Below are positions 25,141 through 34,574 of a DNA stretch of 64,000 nt, piece after piece. The stretch spans positions 288,001 to 352,000 of the forward strand of contig CAVUWA010000010.1 of the NCBI GenBank assembly GCA_963744995.1, given 5' to 3'. The DNA is from Candidatus Eiseniibacteriota bacterium. Lineage in GTDB: Bacteria; Eisenbacteria; RBG-16-71-46. A model generated the notes under the pieces. It was not told the origin of the DNA, searched no databases, and was given only the letters and a program-made list of their open reading frames with translations. Made by a program: the position numbers and the translations under genes. Each line of letters begins with the position of its first letter. Within the stretch, counting starts at the first letter, position 1.

Positions 25141-25212
25141 GGAACGCCTCCGGGTGGAACGGCCTGCGGCGGGAGAACCTAGCACAGCGGCCGGACGCGC
25201 CGCGCAAGGGCC

Positions 25213-25241
25213 TTGACCGCACCCCCGCCGCCGTTCATTCT
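25213..25241 (+). promoter_or_regulatory. Sigma70-type promoter of OM barrel gene
   Basis: TTGACC-17 bp-CATTCT. Confidence 0.45.
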
Positions 25242-25317
25242 CCGTCCCGTCTCCACACGGACGCGTGGAGCGACCGCGCGTCGTCCGCAACGACGCAGAT
25301 TCGGACCAGGAGGGTTC

Positions 25318-25959
25318 ATGCGCTACGCCACTCTGCTTCTCTGTGTCCTCGCCGCCGGCTCGCTGTTCGCGGCTCCCGTTCACGCCGTCGAGCTCGGCGC
25401 CGAGGTCTACGGCAGCTTCAACACGTACCAGATGGGCGACTGGAACGACCTGGTCGACGAATCCAACGCGGCCGGCGCCAACTTCGACAACATCAACAAC
25501 GGCATCAGCGGCGGCATCGGCGCCCGCGTCTGGGCGAACCCGAACGTGATGGTGGCCGCCACATGGGAGCCCCTGTTCGCCTCCACCGAGGACATGGGCA
25601 TGAAGGCCAACCTGGATGCCAACGCGTTCCTCGCCACGGTCGCCTACATGGTCCCCAACGGCAACGCGAAGTACGGCGTCGGCGTGGGCGGCGGGATCTA
25701 CAGCATCAGCGGCAAGCTCGAGAGCCCCGGCGACCCGTCCATCGACCTCGGCGGCAGCACCTTCGGGTTCCACTTCCTCGGCCTCGCCGAGTGGACCGTC
25801 AGCCCCGGGTTCGGCGTCACGGCGGGCGCGGGCTACCGTGTCGCGAAGATCGACGACACGGAAGCGGACGGCCAGAGCGTGAACCCGAAGATCGCCACCG
25901 ACTATTCCGGCTTCACGGGCCGCGTGGGCGTGGCGTTCTACCTGCCGATGAACCACTGA
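25318..25959 (+). CDS. Outer-membrane beta-barrel protein (OmpA/OmpW-like, about 8 strands)
   Basis: Signal peptide MRYATLLL..VHA, amphipathic strands, C-terminal VGVAFY; GGAGG RBS. Confidence 0.8.
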   Translation: MRYATLLLCVLAAGSLFAAPVHAVELGAEVYGSFNTYQMGDWNDLVDESNAAGANFDNINNGISGGIGARVWANPNVMVAATWEPLFASTEDMGMKANLDANAFLATVAYMVPNGNAKYGVGVGGGIYSISGKLESPGDPSIDLGGSTFGFHFLGLAEWTVSPGFGVTAGAGYRVAKIDDTEADGQSVNPKIATDYSGFTGRVGVAFYLPMNH

Positions 25960-25985
25960 CGCAGCGCTGCAGCGCAGCCATGCGG

Positions 25986-26019
25986 ACGGGCGCCGGATCT
26001 CCCATGATCCGGCGCCCGT
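25986..26019. terminator. Bidirectional terminator-like hairpin
   Basis: ACGGGCGCCGGATC-TCCCAT-GATCCGGCGCCCGT, perfect 14-bp stem between convergent genes. Confidence 0.65.
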
Positions 26020-26035
26020 TGCGCGTTTCCTGGGC

Positions 26036-26635
26036 TCAGGCGGGACGGGGGCGCAGCGTCTTCAGCATCGCGTCGAACTCGGACTCCGCGGCGTTCACGG
26101 TCTTCTCGGGCCCGGTGAACTTGAAGAACAGCGAACCGTTCGGCCCCTCGGCGATCGCGCCGAGCAGCGTGGTGTTCTTCTCCGCTTCGGCCGGCTGATC
26201 GGACATCATGCCGTGCGCGACGTAGGTGCCGCTCACCTTGACGCGGTGCACGCTGATCCCGTTCACGTCGAAGGTCTTCTGGTCGGCCGGGCCCGGATTC
26301 GTGAACTCGCCGACCCAGCGCGCGATGTTCGCATCGACACCGCCGCCCTGGCCGGGGCCGAAGAAGTACACGACGCACTGTGCGGCGTCGCCGGCGCCCT
26401 TCGCGGGCACCTTGTAGGTCGCGATGCGCACGCCGCTCGAGGGCTCGGCTTCCCAGCGATCGGGGGCGGTCCATTGCACCGCCACCTGGCCGGTCGGCTC
26501 CATCGTCGGCATTTCGGCCGGCGGTTCCGCCGCCGTTCCCGCGGGCGTCGCCTTCTGGCTGGTCCGCTGCCACGCGAACAGACCCAGCCCGGCGATGGCC
26601 ACGATCACCACCGCCACCAGCACTCGCAGATTCAC
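26036..26635 (-). CDS. Membrane-anchored periplasmic hypothetical protein
   Basis: N-terminal TM; YFFGPGQGGGVDANIARWVGEF, FFKFTGP; typical codon usage. Confidence 0.75.
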   Translation of the reverse strand: MNLRVLVAVVIVAIAGLGLFAWQRTSQKATPAGTAAEPPAEMPTMEPTGQVAVQWTAPDRWEAEPSSGVRIATYKVPAKGAGDAAQCVVYFFGPGQGGGVDANIARWVGEFTNPGPADQKTFDVNGISVHRVKVSGTYVAHGMMSDQPAEAEKNTTLLGAIAEGPNGSLFFKFTGPEKTVNAAESEFDAMLKTLRPRPA

Positions 26636-26696
26636 GTTCCGCTCCTTTCATGGGCGGCGATCCCGCGCCGCCCCCAGCCGCACCGCGAGCCGCAGC

Positions 26697-27476
26697 TCAC
26701 GACACGGTCCACTTCGGCTTGCGTTTTTCGAAGAACGCCGACAGGCCGTCCTTCGCCTCATCGGTCGAACGGGTCTCGGCGAGGATCCTCGGCATCGCCG
26801 CCCGATGTTCCTCCCACGTTACTTCCCCGAACAACTCCAGCACCGTCTTGATCCGCCGCTGCGCTCCCGGCGCGCCGGCCAGCAGCGCATCCACGCGCGC
26901 TCCGACCACCGCATCCAGCTCGTCCGGCGGGCAGACGTGCTGGACCAGCCCGACCTTCGCCGCGACCTCGGCCCCGAAGCGCTCGCCGGTCAGCATCAGC
27001 TCGCGCGCGTGCCGGTCGCCGATGCGCCGGATCACGTACGGGCTGATGATGCCCGGCAGAATACCGAGGCGCACCTCGGTGAGCCCGAACCGCGCGTCAC
27101 TGGCCGCGACCGGCACGTCGCAGCAGCACGCGAGCCCCACGCCGCCGCCGAACACGTTGCCGTGAATGCGGCCGACCACCGGCTTCACGCAGTCGGCGAT
27201 CGTCGTGAACAGGCCCGACAACGACTCGGCCTCGGCGAGGTTCTGATCGAAGGTGCGACCCGCCGAGGCCTTCATCGCGCCGATGTCGGCGCCGGCGCAG
27301 AACGACTTCCCGCGACCACCGAGCACGATCACCCGCACGGCGTCGTCGCGCGACAGCGACTGGAACGCACTGCCCAGTTCTTCGGCCAGCTCCGCCGAGA
27401 GCGCGTTGTGCTGCTCGGGCCGGTCGAGCCACACGCGTGCAACCGGTCCTGCGCGTTCGACGTCCACCAGTGCCAT
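26697..27476 (-). CDS. Enoyl-CoA hydratase (methylglutaconyl-CoA hydratase, LiuC-like)
   Basis: FCAGAD, GGGVGL..CD, FGLTEVRLGILP.IISPYV; near MCC genes. Confidence 0.9.
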   Translation of the reverse strand: MALVDVERAGPVARVWLDRPEQHNALSAELAEELGSAFQSLSRDDAVRVIVLGGRGKSFCAGADIGAMKASAGRTFDQNLAEAESLSGLFTTIADCVKPVVGRIHGNVFGGGVGLACCCDVPVAASDARFGLTEVRLGILPGIISPYVIRRIGDRHARELMLTGERFGAEVAAKVGLVQHVCPPDELDAVVGARVDALLAGAPGAQRRIKTVLELFGEVTWEEHRAAMPRILAETRSTDEAKDGLSAFFEKRKPKWTVS

Positions 27477-27819
27477 GGCAACCTCCCCTCGATCCCCCGC
27501 CGGCGCCGCGATCCGCAGCACGCGGCCGCGGCCGCCCGGCGCCTGCCGCGATGCCCTTCACCGGGCAGCCCGGCGCCGGGCCGGATTCCGAACGGAATGC
27601 TCACCTCGCGCGCCGGCGCCCGTGCGTCGGAGCCGAGGTCGGAACGCGAACAGAATAGGGATGTCGGCGGGCCGGCTCAACGCGCCGATGCGGTGGCCCC
27701 ACGCCCGCAGGGTATGAATGAACTGTTGAGGCACCCGGAGGTGGGCGGTAGCCTCGCGGCAGTGGACCTGGCGCGGCCGAGCGCGTGTGCCGTCGCACGC
27801 CATGGCCCGGGAGGTGAAG

Positions 27820-28764
27820 ATGCCGAAGAAGCGTGCATTCCGGCCGCTCGCCGCAGGCGCGGCAACGGCGATCCTCTGTCTCTGGGCCGGTGCGGCGGGC
27901 GGCGCCGCGGGCGAGGTCGGCGCGACCCCCTCGCAGCCCTCGTTCCGCAGCCCGACGTTCCCGTGGGACTTGCGGGGCGCAGCGCAGGTGCACTTCGCGC
28001 CGATCGACGCGCCGCGCGGCGCGCTCGAACGTCTGGCGCAGAGCTACCGGGATCTCGACCTCGAGACCTACGCGGCGCTGCTTACCGCGGACTACCGCTT
28101 CATCACCGCCGATCCGCGCTTCGACGCCTCGTACCCGGACGGTTTCGACCGAACGTTCGACATTGCCTCCAGCGCGGGTCTGTTCAACGCGACGCCAATC
28201 CCGGGCAAGCCGGCGGTTACCTCGATCGACGTCGAACTCGGCACGTTGAGCGAGGGCGCGGACCCCGAGCACGCCGACTCGCTCGGGCGCTACCGGCTGA
28301 TCATCGCACCGCACATGAAGATGACCGTGCACGCCGGCGAGGCCGAGCTGCACATGGAGCGCTCACTGCTCGCGTTCTACGTCGTGCGCGGCGACGCCGC
28401 GGTGCTGTTCCCGGGCGCACCGGCCGACGCGAGCCACTGGTACCTACGGCGCTGGGTGGAAACGCCGGACGAGATGGCCGCGAACGCACCGCGCCCGGCC
28501 GCAGAGCCGTCCCTGCGGATGGCGCGGAACCCGGCATCCGGACCGTTCGAGCTCGACCTCACGCTGCCCGAGGCGGGGCTCTACGACGTCGAGCTGTTCG
28601 ACGTCGCCGGGCGGCGCATCGGCCGCCGGCCGCCCGTGCGCTTCCCCGCGGGCGCCTCCCACTACCGGCTGGGCGACACCGCCCGGCTGCCCGCGGGCAT
28701 CTACTGGATCCGCCTCGCCCGCGACGGCCGCACGCTCGTCACGCGTGTCGCCACGCGGCTCTGA
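27820..28764 (+). CDS. Secreted protein, NTF2-like domain plus T9SS/FlgD-like C-terminal domain
   Basis: Signal peptide, YAALLTADYRF..WYLRRWVE, C-terminal RNP..FDVAGRRI..PAGIYWIRL; GGAGGTG RBS. Confidence 0.72.
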   Translation: MPKKRAFRPLAAGAATAILCLWAGAAGGAAGEVGATPSQPSFRSPTFPWDLRGAAQVHFAPIDAPRGALERLAQSYRDLDLETYAALLTADYRFITADPRFDASYPDGFDRTFDIASSAGLFNATPIPGKPAVTSIDVELGTLSEGADPEHADSLGRYRLIIAPHMKMTVHAGEAELHMERSLLAFYVVRGDAAVLFPGAPADASHWYLRRWVETPDEMAANAPRPAAEPSLRMARNPASGPFELDLTLPEAGLYDVELFDVAGRRIGRRPPVRFPAGASHYRLGDTARLPAGIYWIRLARDGRTLVTRVATRL

Positions 28765-28799
28765 CGGCGCGCCCCGGGAACGTGGGTGGCAGATGCGCA

Positions 28800-28829
28800 G
28801 CGGCCGCCTTCGTCGCCGAAGGCGGCCGC
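28800..28829. terminator. Bidirectional terminator-like hairpin
   Basis: GCGGCCGCCTTCG-TCGC-CGAAGGCGGCCGC, 13-bp stem between convergent genes. Confidence 0.6.
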
Positions 28830-28859
28830 CGCGTTTCGAGCCGGACCGTCCGGTTGGGT

Positions 28860-29639
28860 CTACCGGTAGAGCGACTTCAGCCGGCCCCAGCTCGACGTCT
28901 GCGCCGGCGTCGCCTGGTCCACGTTGAACTCCCAGCCCAGGTTGAAGGGCAGCTGACCATTGCCAGGAAGGATGGCGCCGGCCGGATTGCTGACGGTGAA
29001 GCTCACGTTGCTCGAGGCGAAGACCTGATCCGCGCTCGATCCCACGGTCGGCGGATCGAAAAAGCCCTGGCCCATATTGTTCAGCTGCGCCGCCGTCGCA
29101 CCGGTCGTGCCGCTGTTGTCGTCGAACGCGAGCCCGGCCCAGAACGGCACGCCGAACATCGCCATCGTCGCGGGTGGCAGGGTCGCGGTCAGCGTGGTGA
29201 TGGTGTTTGCCGGGAACACGATGGGATTGAAGTTGAACCCGCCGGCGAAGGTGCCGGGCGCGCCACCGGCGCCGTCGGCCAGGTAGAAGCGCACCAGCGG
29301 ACGGGCGGTCACGCTTGCCGAGTTCAGATTGGTGGCCGTGAACTTGAACGAGGTGACGTCCTGGCCCCCGTAGGCCGGAAGCGGAACGAGATCGTCGGCC
29401 ACCAGGAGCGTGATCGTGTTGCCGGCCGACAGCGTTGCGCCACCGTTGTTGAACGCGCCGCCGAGAAAGAACGAGATGTTGGAGTACGCGCTGACGAGCG
29501 CGTCGGTGCCGAGCACGGCGGACTGATCGAACGGCCCCTCGCTGAGCACGATGAGACCGCCGCCCTCGTGGATCACGGCGGACGAAGCGGGCGCGGCGAT
29601 GAACGCGAGCAGCAGAAGCGGAAGTAGCATCTTGCGCAT
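28860..29639 (-). CDS. Secreted beta-rich hypothetical protein with C-terminal ATP..SSWGRLKSLYR tail
   Basis: Signal peptide MRKMLLPLLLLAFIAAPASSA; AGGAGG RBS; G/S/T/N-rich mature region. Confidence 0.8.
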   Translation of the reverse strand: MRKMLLPLLLLAFIAAPASSAVIHEGGGLIVLSEGPFDQSAVLGTDALVSAYSNISFFLGGAFNNGGATLSAGNTITLLVADDLVPLPAYGGQDVTSFKFTATNLNSASVTARPLVRFYLADGAGGAPGTFAGGFNFNPIVFPANTITTLTATLPPATMAMFGVPFWAGLAFDDNSGTTGATAAQLNNMGQGFFDPPTVGSSADQVFASSNVSFTVSNPAGAILPGNGQLPFNLGWEFNVDQATPAQTSSWGRLKSLYR

Positions 29640-29864
29640 GGTGGGGCCTCCTGGAGGGATCATGCAGCGCTGTCGAGCCAGAGATGCGGGAAGCGGGCGG
29701 TCACACGTGAGGATCGTGCGGACGGTGCGGCCGGCCCGGAGCGAGAGTGCGCCAGCCACGGGGGCCGGGCAAGGAAATTTCCGAGAAAATTCAGCCGCCC
29801 ATCGGATTCGCACCCGATCCATGACAGTCTGTCCGGCCGGCGAGCCAGTATGCCGGACGCTCCG

Positions 29865-31472
29865 CTACATCCGGAACACGCCGAACTTCATCGGCGGGAT
29901 CGGCGCGTTGAGGCTCGCCGCCAGCGCCAGCGCCAGCACGTTGCGGGTCTCGGCCGGATCGATCACACCGTCGTCCCACAGTCGCGCGGTCGAGTAGTAA
30001 GGGTTCCCCTCGGTCTCGTACTTCTCGAGGATCGGCCGGCGGATGTCGTCGAGCTCGGCCTCGGTGAGCGGCGTCCCTTTCTCTTCCATCTGCGTCTGCT
30101 TGACCTGCGCGAGCACCGACGCCGCCTGCTCGCCGCCCATGACGCTGATCCGGCTGTTCGGCCACATGAACAGGAAGCGCGGCTGATAGGCGCGCCCGCA
30201 CATGCCGTAATTCCCGGCGCCGAAAGAACCGCCGATGATCACGGTGATGCGCGGCACCGGCGCGTTGGCGACGGCGTGCACCATCTTCGCGCCGTCCTTG
30301 GCGATTCCGCCATGCTCGTACTGGCGGCCGACCATGAAGCCGCTGATGTTCTGCAGGAACAGCAACGGCACGCCGCGCTGCGCGGCGAGCTCGATGAAGT
30401 GCGTCGCCTTGAGCGCGCTCTCGCTGAACAGGATGCCCTGATTGGCGAGGATCGCCACCGGCATGCCGTGCAGGTGGGCGAAACCGGTCACCAGCGTAGT
30501 GCCGTAGCGCGCCTTGAATTCGTGGAAGTCCGAGGCGTCCACGAGCCGTGCGATGACCTCGTGGACGTCGTAGCGCGAGCGCGGGTCGGCCGGCAGCACC
30601 CCGTACAGCTCGGACGGATCGTAGGCGGGCGGCACGGGCTCGCGCAGGTCGAGCCGCGCGGTGTGCCGCATGCCGAGGTGGGCGACGATGTCACGTGCCA
30701 TCTGCAGCGCGTGCGCATCGTCGTCGGCGAGATGGTCCGCCACGCCGGAGATGCGCGTATGCACGTCGCCGCCACCGAGCTCTTCCGCGGTGACCTCCTC
30801 GCCGGTCGCCGCCTTCACGAGCGGCGGGCCGCCGAGAAAGATCGTTCCTTCCTGCTTCACGATCACGGCTTCGTCGCTCATCGCCGGCACGTAGGCGCCG
30901 CCGGCGGTGCATGAACCCATCACGATCGCGATCTGCGGAATCAACTCGGCGGACATGCGCGCCTGGTTGTAGAAGATGCGGCCGAAGTGGTCGCGATCCG
31001 GGAACACGTCCGCCTGCAGCGGCAGGAACGCCCCGCCCGAGTCCACCAGATAGATGCACGGCAGCCGGTTCTCGAGTGCGATTTCCTGCGCGCGCACGTG
31101 CTTCTTCACGGTCATGGGCAGGTAGGAGCCGCCCTTCACCGTGGCGTCGTTGGCGACCACCATCACCTGGCGGCCGTGGACCAGGCCGATGCCGGTGACG
31201 ATGCCGGCGGCCGGCGCCTCGCCACGGTACATTCCGTGCGCGGCGAGCGGCGACAGCTCGAGGAACGCGGTGCCGGGATCCAGCAGCCGCTCGACGCGGT
31301 CGCGCACGAACAGCTTGCCGCGCTTGCGGTGACGCTCGACCGCGGCGGCGCCGCCGCCCTGCTTCACGGCGGCGAGGTGCGTCTCGAGCGCTGCGGTCAG
31401 TGCGCGGTGATGCGCGGCGCGCGATTTGAATTCGTCGCTCGAAGTGTCGAGATGGGAGGCGAGACGTTCCAA
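29865..31472 (-). CDS. mccB: Methylcrotonyl-CoA carboxylase beta (carboxyltransferase) subunit
   Basis: [68 protein letters not shown]. Confidence 0.95.
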   Translation of the reverse strand: MERLASHLDTSSDEFKSRAAHHRALTAALETHLAAVKQGGGAAAVERHRKRGKLFVRDRVERLLDPGTAFLELSPLAAHGMYRGEAPAAGIVTGIGLVHGRQVMVVANDATVKGGSYLPMTVKKHVRAQEIALENRLPCIYLVDSGGAFLPLQADVFPDRDHFGRIFYNQARMSAELIPQIAIVMGSCTAGGAYVPAMSDEAVIVKQEGTIFLGGPPLVKAATGEEVTAEELGGGDVHTRISGVADHLADDDAHALQMARDIVAHLGMRHTARLDLREPVPPAYDPSELYGVLPADPRSRYDVHEVIARLVDASDFHEFKARYGTTLVTGFAHLHGMPVAILANQGILFSESALKATHFIELAAQRGVPLLFLQNISGFMVGRQYEHGGIAKDGAKMVHAVANAPVPRITVIIGGSFGAGNYGMCGRAYQPRFLFMWPNSRISVMGGEQAASVLAQVKQTQMEEKGTPLTEAELDDIRRPILEKYETEGNPYYSTARLWDDGVIDPAETRNVLALALAASLNAPIPPMKFGVFRM

Positions 31473-31664
31473 GGCGATCCTCGGTGCCGGTGCGCTCAGA
31501 CGGGCCGTGGAGATATAGCAGAGCGGCGGGCGATCACCAACGGCGCGGCGTGCGCGGCGGGCCGGCGGCGCGACGCGAAGAGGTCCGTCACGCGCGCGGG
31601 GCCCCTCGCGATCCCCGGGCCCCGGGCCGCGCGAGCGCCCACCACCTCTGCGTTCCGTCCGGCC

Positions 31665-32756
31665 CTACTCCGGCGGCAGCGGTTCGCCGCGCATGGCCGC
31701 CAACATGCGCCCGGACCAGCGCGGCAGCTCGGCGCCGTACCGCGCATCGAGAACCGGCACCGCCGCCTGGTAGGCGATCACCAGCTGGCGCATGTCGCAC
31801 AGCGTGTCGATCAGGTGATCGCGGCCGAACGCGCGCTCGACCGCGTCGGCCATCTGCCAGCCGATCGTGTACCAGGGGCCCCGATCGCCGAAGAACGTCA
31901 TCCCGCGCGCCGTGATCGAGTCCGGATCGGACAGCGAGCCGTCGGCGATCGAAGTGAAGAAGCGCTCGAGCCGCGCCATCGCGAACTTCCCGTCGATCAT
32001 GTCGCGCTTCCATGCCGCCTGATCCGCCTTCGACCAGGTGAGATCCGGGTGCACCAGCGGGCCGCCCGCGGCGGCGAGCACCGCGACGCCCTCGCCGAAC
32101 GCGCCCGCCCAGGTGCGGATCATGCGCTCTTCCGGCGGCCCCGCCGTGTCGGCGTCCGCCGCCGCGCAGGCCCGTGCATAGCCGACGTGGTGCAGCTCGT
32201 GCGCGATGGTGTTGGCGAGCCGCGCCGGCGGAATCGCGGGATCCACGTAGAGGAAGATCGCCGGATCGCCGTGCAGGTCGTAGACGAAGCTGTTGGTCTG
32301 CGGCTTGATGACGAAGTACACCGTCGCCTCGATCCGCGTGCCCTGCGGCAGGTAGGTGAACGCACGCCGCGCCGCGGCCAGCATCTGCACCTTCTTCCAG
32401 GCCTCGACGGTTTCCCGCATGGCGCCGGCGCGCGCACGCATCGAGTCCGATTCGAGGTACGCACGCATCCGCGCTGCGTCGAGCTCGCGCCCCATGGACT
32501 CCTGGCGCGCCTCGAGCCGCCTGTAGCCGGTGCTCTCGAACAGCCGCTTCCACGCGGCGGCGCCGATCGGCTCGCCTCTGGCGCCCTCGTCGAGGATCGC
32601 GAGCGCGGCGTCGGCTTCGTCACTCGAGAGACGGATGTCGATCGGCAGGTTGCGGTCGGTGATCTCCACGGCCGCGCGCACGGGGCGCGGCACGAGTCCG
32701 CCGGCCACGACGGCCAGCAGCAGCAACGCCCGGGAGGGCGTGTTCGGGAACGTCAT
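31665..32756 (-). CDS. Secreted putative Zn-dependent protease (DUF5700-like)
   Basis: Signal peptide, AHELHH, downstream EG.A, GPWYTIGWQMA. Confidence 0.78.
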   Translation of the reverse strand: MTFPNTPSRALLLLAVVAGGLVPRPVRAAVEITDRNLPIDIRLSSDEADAALAILDEGARGEPIGAAAWKRLFESTGYRRLEARQESMGRELDAARMRAYLESDSMRARAGAMRETVEAWKKVQMLAAARRAFTYLPQGTRIEATVYFVIKPQTNSFVYDLHGDPAIFLYVDPAIPPARLANTIAHELHHVGYARACAAADADTAGPPEERMIRTWAGAFGEGVAVLAAAGGPLVHPDLTWSKADQAAWKRDMIDGKFAMARLERFFTSIADGSLSDPDSITARGMTFFGDRGPWYTIGWQMADAVERAFGRDHLIDTLCDMRQLVIAYQAAVPVLDARYGAELPRWSGRMLAAMRGEPLPPE

Positions 32757-32842
32757 CGGAACTCCTCGCGGGGTCTGGTCCCAGGGAACCGTGGAATGCT
32801 AAACGAGCGGACTCGCGAGGGCGAATCACCGCGGGGTGCCGC

Positions 32843-34552
32843 TCACGGCACCGCGGCGTCACCGGCCGGGTCGAGCGCGTCGATCTGCGCCTCGAGACCG
32901 TCCAGCACGGCGACCGTGAGCGAGTCGAGCCCGCCGCGCGCGCGGATGCGCGCGATCATGCCGCGCGCCTCGGCGAAGCGCCGCGCCTCGGCGTACATGC
33001 GTGCCGCGAGCATGCCGCGGTTGGGCGTCGGGACCCGCTGGTAGCCGTCCGCATAGGCCCGCGCGGCGCGCCAGCGGTCGCCCACCGACTCCCACCACCG
33101 GCCGAGGTAGAGCTGCGCGTGGCCGAGCTGCGGGTCGGCCGGGAGCGGCCGGGCGCCGACGAACGCCTGCGCGCGGCGCAGGGTCACGGCGGCGTCGGCA
33201 TGCACGGCGACCCAGCCGAAGGCGGTGAGCGCGAGCACCGGCAGCGACCAGGTCAGCGCCCGTTCGAGCGCCGCCCCGCCACGCCTCACGAGCAGGCTCA
33301 GCCCGGCGAGCGAGAGCGTCCAGCCGAGCAGCGTGGCGAGATCCCAGTCGCGCTGCATGCCGAGTCCGCTCGGCGCCGCCGGCAGCACGAACGCAAGCGG
33401 CACGAGCGGCAGCGCCGCGATCCACAGCAACCCGGGCTGCATCGCGGGGGGCGCGGACGCCGGGCGGCGCGCCGCGAACCAGGTGCCGAGCACCAGCAGC
33501 GGCGCGACGAGCAGCAGCAGGTTCACGGCGTCGAACCACGGGGCCACCGCGGGCAGCCGTGCACCGCCGGAGAAGACGTCGGCGAAGTCGCCGCCGAGGC
33601 GCCCGGCGCCGCCGGCGGCGGCGAGCACGGCCGCGACCAGCGCCACCAGCGCCGTGAGGCCGAGGCACGCGCGCCGGTGCTCCGGGCGGTCGCCCGCCAC
33701 GGCCGGACCCAGGCAGCGCCACGCCATCGGCAGCAGCATCAGCCACGCGATCCGGTGCGCGAGGAACAGCAGCAGCCACATGCCGGCGAGCCGCAGCGCC
33801 TGGCGGCGCGAGGCGAGCGGTGGCAGCAGCTCCGACCACCACCACGCCGCGCACGCGAGCAGCAGCCCGCCCGACTCCGCGTAGCCCGCGAACAGCTCGA
33901 GCGTGCCGGCCATGACCAGTGCCGCGGTCGCCGCCGGGAGCAGTCCCGCCGGCACGTGCATGCGACGCACCACCCGCACGGCGCCCGCGAGGTAGGACAG
34001 TCCGGTCGCGAACGTCACGAGCGACACCGCGCGCTCGACCGTCATGCCGCCCCGCGCGAGGGCCGCGGGCAGCAGCATGTTGACCACGAAGTCGAGCGGG
34101 CTGGCGTGGACCCGGGCCGCCCACTCCGTCCACGGCTGGCGGTCCACGCCGTGGACGGACATGGTGAGCGCGCCGAGCCGCACGCCGGTGTCACCGAGCC
34201 AGTGCGCCGCCTCGGCGAGCCCGAACGCGAGCACCGCCATGACCGCGACGCCCGCGCCGATCGCGATTCGCGCCGACCCGACCCGCGGCAGCCCGGCGGC
34301 CAGCAGCGCGCAGGCGATCAGCGCGAGGGCGGCCGCGAGCGGCAACGAGCGCACCGCGTCCACACCCCAGAACAGATTGGAGGCGGCCGGCGCCGCGAGC
34401 AGCAGGATCCCCCAGGCCATCGGCAGGGCGGCGCGCCAGGCTTCGAGCGGCCTGCCGGCGGGCGCGGTGGCGGTCCCGGCGGGGCGCGCCCCGCGCGAAG
34501 CCCGCGCCGCGCCGCGGCGCCTGCGTGCGTCCGTGGAGGAAGTGCGGCCCAT
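32843..34552 (-). CDS. Polytopic membrane protein, GT-C-like, with C-terminal TPR-like helices
   Basis: About 12 hydrophobic segments, acidic loop motifs HWLGD, FAGYAE, RDWDL; GGAGG RBS. Confidence 0.65.
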   Translation of the reverse strand: MGRTSSTDARRRRGAARASRGARPAGTATAPAGRPLEAWRAALPMAWGILLLAAPAASNLFWGVDAVRSLPLAAALALIACALLAAGLPRVGSARIAIGAGVAVMAVLAFGLAEAAHWLGDTGVRLGALTMSVHGVDRQPWTEWAARVHASPLDFVVNMLLPAALARGGMTVERAVSLVTFATGLSYLAGAVRVVRRMHVPAGLLPAATAALVMAGTLELFAGYAESGGLLLACAAWWWSELLPPLASRRQALRLAGMWLLLFLAHRIAWLMLLPMAWRCLGPAVAGDRPEHRRACLGLTALVALVAAVLAAAGGAGRLGGDFADVFSGGARLPAVAPWFDAVNLLLLVAPLLVLGTWFAARRPASAPPAMQPGLLWIAALPLVPLAFVLPAAPSGLGMQRDWDLATLLGWTLSLAGLSLLVRRGGAALERALTWSLPVLALTAFGWVAVHADAAVTLRRAQAFVGARPLPADPQLGHAQLYLGRWWESVGDRWRAARAYADGYQRVPTPNRGMLAARMYAEARRFAEARGMIARIRARGGLDSLTVAVLDGLEAQIDALDPAGDAAVP

Positions 34553-34574
34553 CGGACCTCCGGGCCAGGGGCGA

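Noticed and set aside
27710..27775. Imperfect hairpin in the leader of the 27820 gene
   Set aside because: Many G-U pairs in GC-rich DNA and no recognisable riboswitch motif
29740..29755. TGGCGCACTCTCGC as a sigma54 promoter
   Set aside because: GG-to-GC spacing is 9, not the required 10
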